A DNA stretch of 32,000 nucleotides from an uncultured Lentisphaeria bacterium (lineage in GTDB: Bacteria; Verrucomicrobiota; Lentisphaeria; JABSQK01; JAJFLO01), in the NCBI GenBank assembly GCA_951812855.1, contig OX638337.1, forward strand, positions 1,800,001 through 1,832,000, read 5' to 3'. The stretch's first letter is position 1. Each line of letters opens with the position of its first letter. The position numbers were made by a program, and so were the translations under genes. This document shows, piece after piece, positions 1 through 8,777 of this stretch. The notes beneath the pieces are model-generated. The model was not told the origin of the DNA, ran no database searches, and saw only the letters and a list, made by a program, of their open reading frames with translations.

Positions 1-765
1 TCCGGCAATAGCACCTGCGTGTCCCATTCGTCTTCCAGGCGGTGCGGTTCTGCCGGCGATAAAACCGAAGACAGGTTTAGAAATATTATCCTTAACATAT
101 CGAGCGGTTTCAATTTCCATTTGCCCGCCAATTTCACCAATGACAACGACTGCATCGGTATCATTATCTTTTTCAAACAGACCTAATAAATCGATCATAT
201 CTGTTCCAATGACAGGATCCCCGCCAATCCCGATACAAGTAGACTGACCTAATCCTGCACTAACGAGTTGATGAACTGCTTCATACGTTAAGGTTCCAGA
301 TTTCGAGATAACCCCGATTTTTCCTTTTTTTGCTATAAATCCAGGCATAATTCCTGCTTTTGCTTCCCCAGGAGTAAGTAGACCGGGGCAATTCGGGCCA
401 ATGAGTCTGACGCCCTGCTGCTTAACATATTGGTGGGTCTCGACCATATCATTAACAGGTATTCCCTCGGTTATACAAATAATTAATTCAATTCCGGCGT
501 AAGCTGCTTCCTTTATTGCATTCGCTGCAAATGATGCGGGTACAAAAATTATGCTGACATTTGCTCCTGTTTGTTGTTTGGCTTCAATGCACTGATTAAA
601 AACGGGAAGTTTTTCATCAAAAACGGTTTGTCCGCCTTTTCCCGGTGTAACCCCACCGACAACATTTCCACCATAGTCAAGGCATTGTCTTGCGTGAAAT
701 GACCCTTCTGAACCCGTGATACCCTGAACAATAATTCTTGAATCTTTATTAAGCAGTATTGACAT
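1..765 (-). CDS. sucD: Succinyl-CoA ligase alpha subunit (partial; C-terminal end runs off the left window edge, 255 codons present)
   Basis: Absent from the ORF track because it is open at the window edge. My reverse-strand translation from ATG (complement of 765-763) reads [45 protein letters not shown]... At the window edge it reads ...[21 protein letters not shown]. Both are typical SucD motifs. It starts 14 nt downstream of sucC. Confidence 0.93.
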   Translation of the reverse strand, partial: MSILLNKDSRIIVQGITGSEGSFHARQCLDYGGNVVGGVTPGKGGQTVFDEKLPVFNQCIEAKQQTGANVSIIFVPASFAANAIKEAAYAGIELIICITEGIPVNDMVETHQYVKQQGVRLIGPNCPGLLTPGEAKAGIMPGFIAKKGKIGVISKSGTLTYEAVHQLVSAGLGQSTCIGIGGDPVIGTDMIDLLGLFEKDNDTDAVVVIGEIGGQMEIETARYVKDNISKPVFGFIAGRTAPPGRRMGHAGAIAG

Positions 766-779
766 GATCTATACCCTGA

Positions 780-1958
780 CTATTTAGAAATTGCGACTTC
801 AACTGTTTTCTCTGCGGCCTCGTCCAATGAACTTGCGGGAATTATTGCAACTCCGGAAGATGCGAGAATTTCCTTTGCTTCTGTTGCATTTGTTCCTTCC
901 AGCCGAACGACAACAGGAACATTTAAATCCAACACTTTTACCGCTTCAACAATACCATTGGCAACGCGGTCACAACGAACAATTCCGCCAAAAATGTTAA
1001 TTAATACTGCGGTAACATTCTTATCAGATAAAATGATACGAAAACCGTTTTTTACTGTTTCTACATTTGCACCCCCTCCAACATCAAGGAAATTAGCGGG
1101 TTCTCCGCCTTTTAACTTTATGATATCCATGGCAGCCATTGCTAAACCGGCACCATTAACCATACAGCCCACGTTGCCATCGAGTTTTATGTAATTTAAA
1201 TTGAATTTTGATGCTTCAACATCAGCTGGATCTTCTTCGAAAATATCTCTCATTGTGTTGATGTTTTCCTGTCTGAACAAGGCATTGTCATCAAAATTAA
1301 ACTTTGCGTCAAGTGCAAAAATCCGGTCATCTTTCGTGAGTACAAGGGGATTTATTTCAGCGAGTGATACATCACTGTTCACATATGATTTGTATAGATC
1401 AGAAATTACCTTACACGCCTCCTTTAAAGCATGACCGGTTAATCCAAGACTGGCTGAAATCCGATAAGATTGAAAAGGCTGAAGCCCGAATATTGGATCG
1501 ATTCGTTCCTTAATTATTTTTTCAGGAGATGAATGGGCAAGTTCTTCAATTTCCATTCCACCTTCTGCAGATGCGATTATTATTGGTTGTGAACTGCTTC
1601 TGTCTAATGTAATTGCCAAATAATATTCTCTTGCAATATCTATTGCCTGTGTTATATACAATTTTCTTACAGTCTGTCCTTCACCCGATGTTTGAGGTGT
1701 TATTAATTGCATGCCCAATATTGATTTAGCATTGTCAACAGCCGAATTCAGGTCTGGTGAAAATTTAACTCCGCCACCTTTACCTCGGCCCCCTGCATGA
1801 ATTTGGGCTTTAACGACGACCGCGGCATTATTGGATTCCTTTTGAATTGTTTCGACGGTGGCTTTTACTTCGTCTAAATTATCAATCATATATCCAATTG
1901 GCACTGGAATACCATTTGATTTTAAAATTTCTGCGGCTTGATATTCATGGATCTTCAA
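780..1958 (-). CDS. sucC: Succinyl-CoA ligase beta subunit
   Basis: 392-aa ORF beginning MKIHEYQAAEILKSNGIPVP (classic SucC ATP-grasp N-terminus). TTG start (complement of 1958-1956) with GGAGG 6 nt upstream (complement of 1969-1965). Followed directly by sucD. Confidence 0.96.
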   Translation of the reverse strand: MKIHEYQAAEILKSNGIPVPIGYMIDNLDEVKATVETIQKESNNAAVVVKAQIHAGGRGKGGGVKFSPDLNSAVDNAKSILGMQLITPQTSGEGQTVRKLYITQAIDIAREYYLAITLDRSSSQPIIIASAEGGMEIEELAHSSPEKIIKERIDPIFGLQPFQSYRISASLGLTGHALKEACKVISDLYKSYVNSDVSLAEINPLVLTKDDRIFALDAKFNFDDNALFRQENINTMRDIFEEDPADVEASKFNLNYIKLDGNVGCMVNGAGLAMAAMDIIKLKGGEPANFLDVGGGANVETVKNGFRIILSDKNVTAVLINIFGGIVRCDRVANGIVEAVKVLDLNVPVVVRLEGTNATEAKEILASSGVAIIPASSLDEAAEKTVEVAISK

Positions 1959-2006
1959 GATAAACCTCCATATACATAATGTGATTAAATTTATGCTTTT
2001 AATGCT

Positions 2007-2033
2007 TGCAACTGCAACATTGCAACTGTGAAC
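2007..2033. repeat. Three direct TGCAAC copies (2007-2012, 2013-2018, 2021-2026) plus degenerate TGTGAAC, about 50-75 bp upstream of the sucC start
   Basis: Read directly: cTTGCAACTGCAACATTGCAACTGTGAAC. On the sucC sense strand these are TTGCA(A/G) motifs that could be overlapping -35-like hexamers (TTGCAG-N17-ATAAAT is possible) or a regulator site. Confidence 0.4.
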
Positions 2034-2460
2034 AATGTAGTTATGTATCTAAAATTCAATAAAACAGGACAAAAATTTAGTCTGATATCCTAATAATAAC
2101 GTCAATGTTACCACTCATTATCGGTAGAATTAACGTTGTATTAAGAGGGTAGGAATGTAAAAAGTTATAAATTTTTTCTTTTATTGATAGACTGTGGAAG
2201 TTTGAGGAATATAAAAACAGATTTTGACCTCATGATAAATTAAAAACGGGCAGCCTTAACAGTACATAAATTATTCATTATCAACACTTGATAGGCTAAA
2301 TCAGGTATAGTAGATTAGTGATCTGATATTCATTGGCGTGATGAAGTAATTTTAATTGTATGTTGATCAATAAGTTAGATACAGGGGGGGGTACATCCAG
2401 TCCGGTATACTCACGATATGAGATATTCTAACTTTGCACAAAGGATGACTTAGGATAATT

Positions 2461-5172
2461 ATGGATAAATTTACATATTTATCAAATGTAAACGGAAGTT
2501 TCATTGATGATTTATACGACCAATATAAGAAAGATCCACAATCTTTAGAAAAATCCTGGCAGCGTTTTTTTGAAGGCGTTGAGTTTGCAGCTCAAATATC
2601 TGAATCCAAATTGGGATCTTTACGTGATAAAGAAGCTGCTGTTATGAAACTTATAAACGGTTATCGCGATAGAGGACATTTGTTGGCAAAGACAAATCCA
2701 GTTCGACATCGACGATTTTATAAAGCAGACCTGGACTTGAACCATTTTAATTTAACAGAAGATGATCTTGATTTAGAATTTGAAGTTGGTCATCAAATAC
2801 GGATCGGACGAGCAACATTAAGAGATATTATTGCTCATCTTAATAATACCTACTGTTCCTCTATCGCTTCAGAGTATCGATATATTCCTGATTCACGTAT
2901 TCGAATGTGGCTGCATGAGCACATGGAACCGAATGCGAATAAACCAAATTTTTCGATAAAAGAGAAAAAGAGAATTTTAAATAAATTAGCTGAAGTTTGT
3001 GGATTTGAGAATTTTCTGCATGTGAAATACACTGGGCAAAAGCGGTTTTCATTGGAAGGGTGTGAATCGTTCGTACCTGCACTGGATCAACTATTTGAAC
3101 TGGGGTCTGATTTGGGCGTGAAAGAATTTGTAATTGGAATGGCACATCGTGGCCGGCTGAATGTGTTGGTCAATTTATTTGGTAAGAGTTTTGAAACCAT
3201 GTTTTCAGAATTTGAAGGAAGCACACTTGCAGAGCATATCGAAGGTGACGGGGATGTAAAGTATCATCAGGGGCATTCAGCTGATATCGTTACTGATTCC
3301 GGGAATAAAGTCCATTTGAGTTTAATGGCAAATCCCTCTCATCTTGAAGCGGTTGACCCTGTTGTTCTTGGTTCTGCCTGGGCTAAAGGCACCAAATTAT
3401 TTGATGATGATTTCAGAAAAATTGTACCCGTCTTAATTCATGGAGATGCGGCTATAGCCGGACAGGGTGTTGTTTATGAAATCGCAAATTTATGTCGCCT
3501 GGAAGGATATGCAACGGGTGGAACCATTCACATCGTTATTAATAATCAGGTTGGTTTTACGGCGAATAACAGGGAGACTCGATCAAGTTTATACTCTACT
3601 GATATTGCAAAAATGATTGAATGCCCGGTCTTTCATGTTAATGCAGATGATGTGGAAGCCGTCGCTCATGCAGTTTCACTGGCTATTAAGCTTCGGCAGA
3701 AATTTGCTATTGATGTTTTTATCGACATTTTGGGATATCGACGCTTTGGTCATAACGAAGGCGATGATCCGAAATTCACACAACCTTTACTCTATAAATC
3801 CATTGATAATCATCCTACTGTTTTAGAAATTTATTCAAATCAATTAATCGAGGAAAGAGTCATAACTGAAGAAGAAGCTGAGAAAATAAAAAAAGATTTT
3901 AATCAGGTACTTCAAAAAAGTTTAAAAGATGCACGTGACAAAAAGCCTGTAATCGAAACTAATTATCTGGGAAGAGAATGGAAACATTTACGTCGGGCAA
4001 CAAACGAGGATTTTGAGAGGTCCCCGGAAACGGGTGTTGCTAAATCAAGTCTTGATAAAATTGCTAAGGGATTGGCCACGGTTCCGAAAGATTTCTCTAT
4101 TTATCCAAAACTTCGTAAATTGATTGATCAGCGTAATGCTCTCTATACAGATCAAAAACTTGTTGATTGGGGATTGGCTGAAGCGTTAGCATTCGGCTCA
4201 TTATTGATCAATGGAATTTCAGTTCGACTATCCGGTCAGGACAGTCGCAGAGGGACCTTTGCTCATCGACATTCAGTCTTAATCGATGCAAATGATGAGT
4301 CCAATTTTATACCCTTAAACCATATACAGAAAGAACAAGAACGAATACATGTATATAATTCCCACTTATCTGAGTATGGAGTGTTAGGTTTTGAATACGG
4401 GTATTCTCTGGCAATGCCAAATGCATTGGCAATATGGGAAGCCCAATTCGGGGATTTCTCAAATGGTGCCCAGATAATAATTGACCAATTTATTAGCTCA
4501 TCAGAATCAAAATGGCAGCGGATGAGTGGTCTGGTTATGCTCCTCCCACATGGATATGAAGGCCAGGGGCCTGAGCATTCCAGTGCCAGATTAGGACGGT
4601 ACCTTGAACTTTGTGCCGATTTAAATTTAATTGTTGTTAATCCTACTACTCCGGCGAATTTATTTCATTTACTGAGACGTCAATTGGTCGGTCCTTTTAG
4701 AAAACCCTTAGTCGTAATGACTCCTAAAAGCCTGTTACGTCATAAGCTTGTCAGGTCTGATGTTTCAGAATTGGTAAGAGGCCGGTTCCAAGAGATTATC
4801 GATGATACTCAGGCAGACAGGAAAAAAGTTAAACGAGTTATTATTTGTGCCGGAAAACTATATTATGAATTGTTAGCACAAAAAGATGAACTACAGCACA
4901 ATGAGACTGCAATTGTTCGAATAGAGCAATTTTATCCGATTCCGGAAAAACAGGATGCCCAATTGTTTAAGAAATACAAGCATGTTAAAGAATGGCTTTG
5001 GGTACAGGAAGAACCTGTCAATATGGGAGCATGGGATTTTATCAATAAACGTTTTGGTCGGCAGGGTAATCTTCGAGTTGTATCGCGACCCGAGTCAGCG
5101 AGCCCGGCTTCCGGCTCATTAATTGTTCATAACGAAATACAAAAGCAACTTATCAATGAGGCATTTAACTAA
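2461..5172 (+). CDS. sucA: 2-oxoglutarate dehydrogenase E1 component
   Basis: 903-aa ORF. N-terminus MDKFTYLSNVNGSFIDDLYDQYKKDPQSLEKSWQRFF is typical of SucA. Also carries the ThDP-type motif region (HGDAAIAGQGVVYE), ...GYRRFGHNEGDDPKFTQP... and ...LLPHGYEGQGPEHSSARLGRYLE... Confidence 0.96.
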   Translation: MDKFTYLSNVNGSFIDDLYDQYKKDPQSLEKSWQRFFEGVEFAAQISESKLGSLRDKEAAVMKLINGYRDRGHLLAKTNPVRHRRFYKADLDLNHFNLTEDDLDLEFEVGHQIRIGRATLRDIIAHLNNTYCSSIASEYRYIPDSRIRMWLHEHMEPNANKPNFSIKEKKRILNKLAEVCGFENFLHVKYTGQKRFSLEGCESFVPALDQLFELGSDLGVKEFVIGMAHRGRLNVLVNLFGKSFETMFSEFEGSTLAEHIEGDGDVKYHQGHSADIVTDSGNKVHLSLMANPSHLEAVDPVVLGSAWAKGTKLFDDDFRKIVPVLIHGDAAIAGQGVVYEIANLCRLEGYATGGTIHIVINNQVGFTANNRETRSSLYSTDIAKMIECPVFHVNADDVEAVAHAVSLAIKLRQKFAIDVFIDILGYRRFGHNEGDDPKFTQPLLYKSIDNHPTVLEIYSNQLIEERVITEEEAEKIKKDFNQVLQKSLKDARDKKPVIETNYLGREWKHLRRATNEDFERSPETGVAKSSLDKIAKGLATVPKDFSIYPKLRKLIDQRNALYTDQKLVDWGLAEALAFGSLLINGISVRLSGQDSRRGTFAHRHSVLIDANDESNFIPLNHIQKEQERIHVYNSHLSEYGVLGFEYGYSLAMPNALAIWEAQFGDFSNGAQIIIDQFISSSESKWQRMSGLVMLLPHGYEGQGPEHSSARLGRYLELCADLNLIVVNPTTPANLFHLLRRQLVGPFRKPLVVMTPKSLLRHKLVRSDVSELVRGRFQEIIDDTQADRKKVKRVIICAGKLYYELLAQKDELQHNETAIVRIEQFYPIPEKQDAQLFKKYKHVKEWLWVQEEPVNMGAWDFINKRFGRQGNLRVVSRPESASPASGSLIVHNEIQKQLINEAFN

Positions 5173-5574
5173 TTAAATCACCGACAATTTAGAGCTGTTT
5201 CGTATGACTATTTTGCTATCCTGAAAATATCCCGTCCATAATTCTTCCAACAAGGTAATCAAGGTGCTTGTGATTTGTTTTTTGAATTATGTTCAAGTTA
5301 ATTTAGGTTCAAGACAATTTAAATTGTATAATTATTAACACAGCCTACTCTCTTGTAATAAGTATATAATTCACTCCCGAATTTCGAATAAGAAATTTAG
5401 GCCAATTGTTTCAATATGGAAATATTATACCAAAAAAGAACAATTAAGCTTCAATTTACTTAATATTAATAAGTTACAAAAAAGATAAAGCCAACCATTG
5501 AATAGTTTCATTTCCGTACTCTGACAGATCGAATTTGCGACATTGTGGCGTGGGAAGAGATTTTGAACTCTAAA

Positions 5575-5598
5575 TTTTGATAAATTAATTTATCAAAA
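5575..5598. promoter_or_regulatory. 24-bp perfect palindrome TTTTGATAAATTAATTTATCAAAA in the amtB upstream region (candidate operator)
   Basis: Left half ttttgataaatt (5575-5586) is the exact reverse complement of right half aatttatcaaaa (5587-5598). It lies about 145 bp upstream of the amtB ATG and directly 5' of a sigma-54-like element. The palindrome is certain; its function is inferred. Confidence 0.35.
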
Positions 5599-5603
5599 TA
5601 TAA

Positions 5604-5620
5604 CGGTAAAAAATTTGCAT
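5604..5620 (+). promoter_or_regulatory. Candidate sigma-54 (-24/-12) promoter for amtB-glnK
   Basis: cGGtaaaaaatTTGCAt. GG at 5605-5606 and GC at 5617-5618 have the canonical spacing of TGGCAC-N5-TTGCW, and the -12 element TTGCAT is perfect. The -24 element matches only at GG. AT-rich context, so a chance match is possible. Confidence 0.25.
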
Positions 5621-5741
5621 AGTTAAAAACTAATAAATACGTTACCTGAGCAGCCAATTTCGAATAATACCACACGATACCGAATTATGGTAAAATTTAT
5701 CATGACCAGGTAAAAAACTTTCTTATAAAAAGGTCTTCAAA

Positions 5742-7049
5742 ATGTTTACCAGCAGCAGGCGACTAACAACTATTATCTCACTATGTCTTTTTTCTTATAT
5801 TGGATTAATTTCTCAGACATTCGCAAATGAAATGCCACAAGATACCATTAATGCCGGAGATACCGCTTTTGTATTGATCTGTGCAGCACTGGTACTTCTT
5901 ATGACACCTGGTCTGGCTTTTTTTTATGGAGGCCTGGTACGAAAAAAGAATTTTCTGTCTGTGTTGATTCAATGCTTTATTATAATCGGCCTAATAACAC
6001 TGCAATGGGTTTTCATTGGATATAGTCTATCTTTCGGACCAGGTGAACTCATCAAAGGATATCTTGGCGGCTTTGATTATATTGGGTTAAAAAATGTTGG
6101 AATGGATGCAAAAGGTACCATCCCGCATTCCGTGTTTATGATTTTTCAGGGTATGTTTGCGATCATTACACCTGCATTGATTATTGGAGCGTTTGCTGAA
6201 CGCATACGGTTCTCCGGAATGTGTATTTTCATGCTTTTATGGTCAACGTTAGTTTATGATCCTGTTTGCCATTGGGTATGGGGTGGTGGATTTATGGGTG
6301 CAATGGGAGCATTAGATTTCGCAGGTGGTACCGTTGTCCATATTAATGCAGGTATTGCAGCATTAGCCTTTGCCCTCTTTATTGGTAAGCGTAAAGGGTA
6401 TCCTGAGAAAATTTCACCTCCGCATAATCTACCGTTCGCGGTTTTGGGTACAGGAATTTTATGGTTTGGCTGGTTTGGGTTCAATGCCGGCAGTCAACTT
6501 GCAGCAGACGGAATTGCGGGAAATGCGTTTGTTGTTACCCATGTCGCAGCAGCAGCAGCAGTTTTAGCCTGGGCCATATTGGATTGGATAATTAATAAAA
6601 AGCCAACAGTACTTGGTGTCATAACCGGAGCAGTTGCCGGTTTGGTTGCTATTACGCCGGCTTCGGGTTTTGTTAATCCGATGGGAGCAACAGTTATTGG
6701 ATTTGGCTCGAGTTCGATTTGCTACTTTTTCGTTGCCTATCTAAAACCAAAATTAGGTTATGATGATACACTTGATGTGTTTGGAGTTCACGGAGTGGGG
6801 GGAATTTGGGGAGCTATAGCAACAGGTTTTTTAGCTGACGAAGCGATTGGGGGAACTGCGGGCAGTGTTGCACAGACAATCATTCAGATAAAATCGGTAG
6901 TTATAACAATCGGTTATGCATTTATCATGACATATATTTTACTGTTTATTGTAAATTTATTTATAAAACTCCGAGTATCTGAAGAAGAAGAACTGGTTGG
7001 TTTAGATTTGAGCGACCACAGGGAATCAGCTTATACAGTGCTGGACTAG
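5742..7049 (+). CDS. amtB: Ammonium transporter (Amt family) with N-terminal signal peptide
   Basis: 435-aa polytopic ORF. Carries Amt signatures: DTAFVLICAALVLLMTPGLAFFYGGLVRKKN, DFAGGTVVHINAGIAALAFALFIGKR, GWFGFNAGS and LDVFGVHGVGGIWGAIATG. Followed by a PII gene. Confidence 0.95.
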   Translation: MFTSSRRLTTIISLCLFSYIGLISQTFANEMPQDTINAGDTAFVLICAALVLLMTPGLAFFYGGLVRKKNFLSVLIQCFIIIGLITLQWVFIGYSLSFGPGELIKGYLGGFDYIGLKNVGMDAKGTIPHSVFMIFQGMFAIITPALIIGAFAERIRFSGMCIFMLLWSTLVYDPVCHWVWGGGFMGAMGALDFAGGTVVHINAGIAALAFALFIGKRKGYPEKISPPHNLPFAVLGTGILWFGWFGFNAGSQLAADGIAGNAFVVTHVAAAAAVLAWAILDWIINKKPTVLGVITGAVAGLVAITPASGFVNPMGATVIGFGSSSICYFFVAYLKPKLGYDDTLDVFGVHGVGGIWGAIATGFLADEAIGGTAGSVAQTIIQIKSVVITIGYAFIMTYILLFIVNLFIKLRVSEEEELVGLDLSDHRESAYTVLD

Positions 7050-7127
7050 TTAACACTTCATAAAAGATTAATTAATATTTATCGTTAAACAAATTAATAA
7101 AATGAGTCCAAGTTAAGGGGCATACTT

Positions 7128-7469
7128 ATGAAATATATTATCGCCGTCATTCAACCGGAAAGACTAGACGAAGTACTGGATGAACTTACAAAAAAAGAAG
7201 TTCATCTGGCCACAGTGTCCAACATCATGGGAAGGGGAGTCCAAAAAGGAATTGCGGAGGTTTATCGCAGTCATAAAGAGGCGGGCAGTTTATTAAAAAA
7301 AGTAAAACTTGAAATAGCTGTAAATGATGATTTTGTTGACGCAACAATCGAAGCAATAAACAAAGGGGCGAAAACCGGCACTATAGGCGACGGGAAGATC
7401 TTTGTCCTGGACCTGAAAGAATGTGTAAGAATCAGAACAGGGGAAAATGGCCCGGCTGCTATCGGATAG
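7128..7469 (+). CDS. glnK: PII nitrogen regulatory protein, amtB-linked (GlnK type)
   Basis: 113 aa. Conserved PII blocks present: G-x-G-x-QKG (GRGVQKG), B-loop TGTIGDGKIFV and C-terminal RIRTGE. Located 78 nt downstream of amtB. The T-loop position equivalent to Tyr51 is Glu by eye alignment to E. coli GlnB. Confidence 0.9.
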   Translation: MKYIIAVIQPERLDEVLDELTKKEVHLATVSNIMGRGVQKGIAEVYRSHKEAGSLLKKVKLEIAVNDDFVDATIEAINKGAKTGTIGDGKIFVLDLKECVRIRTGENGPAAIG

Positions 7470-7493
7470 ATTACAACTATATTGGTATAAGAA

Positions 7494-8777
7494 TCATTCG
7501 TATACTTCTAACAATGATTCGGCAGGAAGTAGAAATGTTGATATTGATGGAAAATAAGTAATCAATACCAAAGCAATAAGTAAACATACCAAAAAAGATA
7601 GCGATGCAATATATAGTTTTAAGACAGGTTCCTTAAATCGAATGCTGGCAATGAACAGGTTTAATCCAACGGGTGGAGTAATATATCCAACACCCAGATT
7701 TGTTAAAAATATAATTCCTAAATGAACTGGGTGTATACCATATTCCAGTGCAATCGGACCTATTATCGGCACAATTAATACAATTGCTGCATAGATGTCA
7801 ATCATACAGCCAATTATTAGAAGAAATAAATTCAGTGCAATCAGGAAAGAATATTTGCTTGTCATCCTGCTGCTGAAAAATTCAAGCATCCTGGCGGGAA
7901 CCTCTTCATCAATCAGGTAATTTGTCACTGCCATAGTCATTCCCAGTATTACAAGAATTCCACCGACCAAAACCATACTCTCTCTGGCAATTTTCCCAAT
8001 ATTTTTGAGTTTAATATCCCGACAAATTATGACCTCTGCAATAAAGACGCAAGCGGTTACAATCGCAGCGGCTTCACTGATTGCAAATTTCCCTCCATAT
8101 ATTCCACCCAGGATTATAAACGGTAACGGCAATTCCCATTTAGCCTCCCAAATTGCCTGTCGAACCTCATTAATAGAGAATTTTTGTCTGGAAATATTAT
8201 GTTTAAGAGCATATGAAATTCCATACATAGACAAAATTACAATAATCATTATTCCTGGTATAATTCCAGCTTTAAAAAGATGATCAATATTCGTTTCAGA
8301 TACAACTCCATAGAGAATAATAGGTAAACTCGGAGCAAAGAGCAACCCAAGACTTCCTCCTGACGTTACCAGACCCAGACTAAACTTTTTATCATAATTC
8401 TCATTTATTAATGCAGGTAACAACAAACCGCCAAGTGCCACTATCGTTATTCCTGAAGCGCCAGTCAATGCGGTGACAAATGAACATGAAATAATCGTAA
8501 CAATAGTTAAGCCGCCGGGTATCCATCCCAATATTGCCCGGGATAGTTTGAGAAGCCGTTTTGGGGCATCACTGTAGGTAAGTAAATATCCTGAAAATGC
8601 AAATAAAGGAAGTGCTTGAAGAAGGGGTTTACTTGCTAATTGATAGAAATTTATTAAAAGAGCCTGTAAATCAATATCTGCATTCTTGTGATTGATAATT
8701 GCGGAAAGTCCCATAACTGCAAACAAAGGTGTGCCGGATAGTGCAACTATAAGAATCACAATTCCTAATAAAATCAT
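7494..8777 (-). CDS. dctM: TRAP transporter large permease subunit (DctM family)
   Basis: 427-aa polytopic membrane ORF with typical DctM composition. The start overlaps the dctQ stop by ATGA (8774-8777), suggesting translational coupling. Confidence 0.9.
   Translation of the reverse strand: MILLGIVILIVALSGTPLFAVMGLSAIINHKNADIDLQALLINFYQLASKPLLQALPLFAFSGYLLTYSDAPKRLLKLSRAILGWIPGGLTIVTIISCSFVTALTGASGITIVALGGLLLPALINENYDKKFSLGLVTSGGSLGLLFAPSLPIILYGVVSETNIDHLFKAGIIPGIMIIVILSMYGISYALKHNISRQKFSINEVRQAIWEAKWELPLPFIILGGIYGGKFAISEAAAIVTACVFIAEVIICRDIKLKNIGKIARESMVLVGGILVILGMTMAVTNYLIDEEVPARMLEFFSSRMTSKYSFLIALNLFLLIIGCMIDIYAAIVLIVPIIGPIALEYGIHPVHLGIIFLTNLGVGYITPPVGLNLFIASIRFKEPVLKLYIASLSFLVCLLIALVLITYFPSISTFLLPAESLLEVYE

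Noticed and set aside
549-731. 60-aa minus-strand ORF from the ORF track
   Set aside because: It lies inside sucD in a different frame. The real sucD frame (1-765) gives canonical SucD motifs, and this ORF has no recognisable features.
791-1434. Three plus-strand ORFs (791-1000, 958-1194, 1201-1434)
   Set aside because: These are shadow ORFs antisense to sucC with low-complexity, Ser/Leu/Pro-rich translations. The same reasoning applies to other antisense or embedded ORFs in the track: 2850-3145, 3617-3826, 6254-6567, 8005-8283, 10170-10376, 10565-10855, 12523-13272, 13835-14077, 15462-16148, 16573-17105, 17660-17875, 18101-19371, 20038-20229, 20779-20970, 25895-26308, 27827-29232, 29583-30382, 31658-31927.
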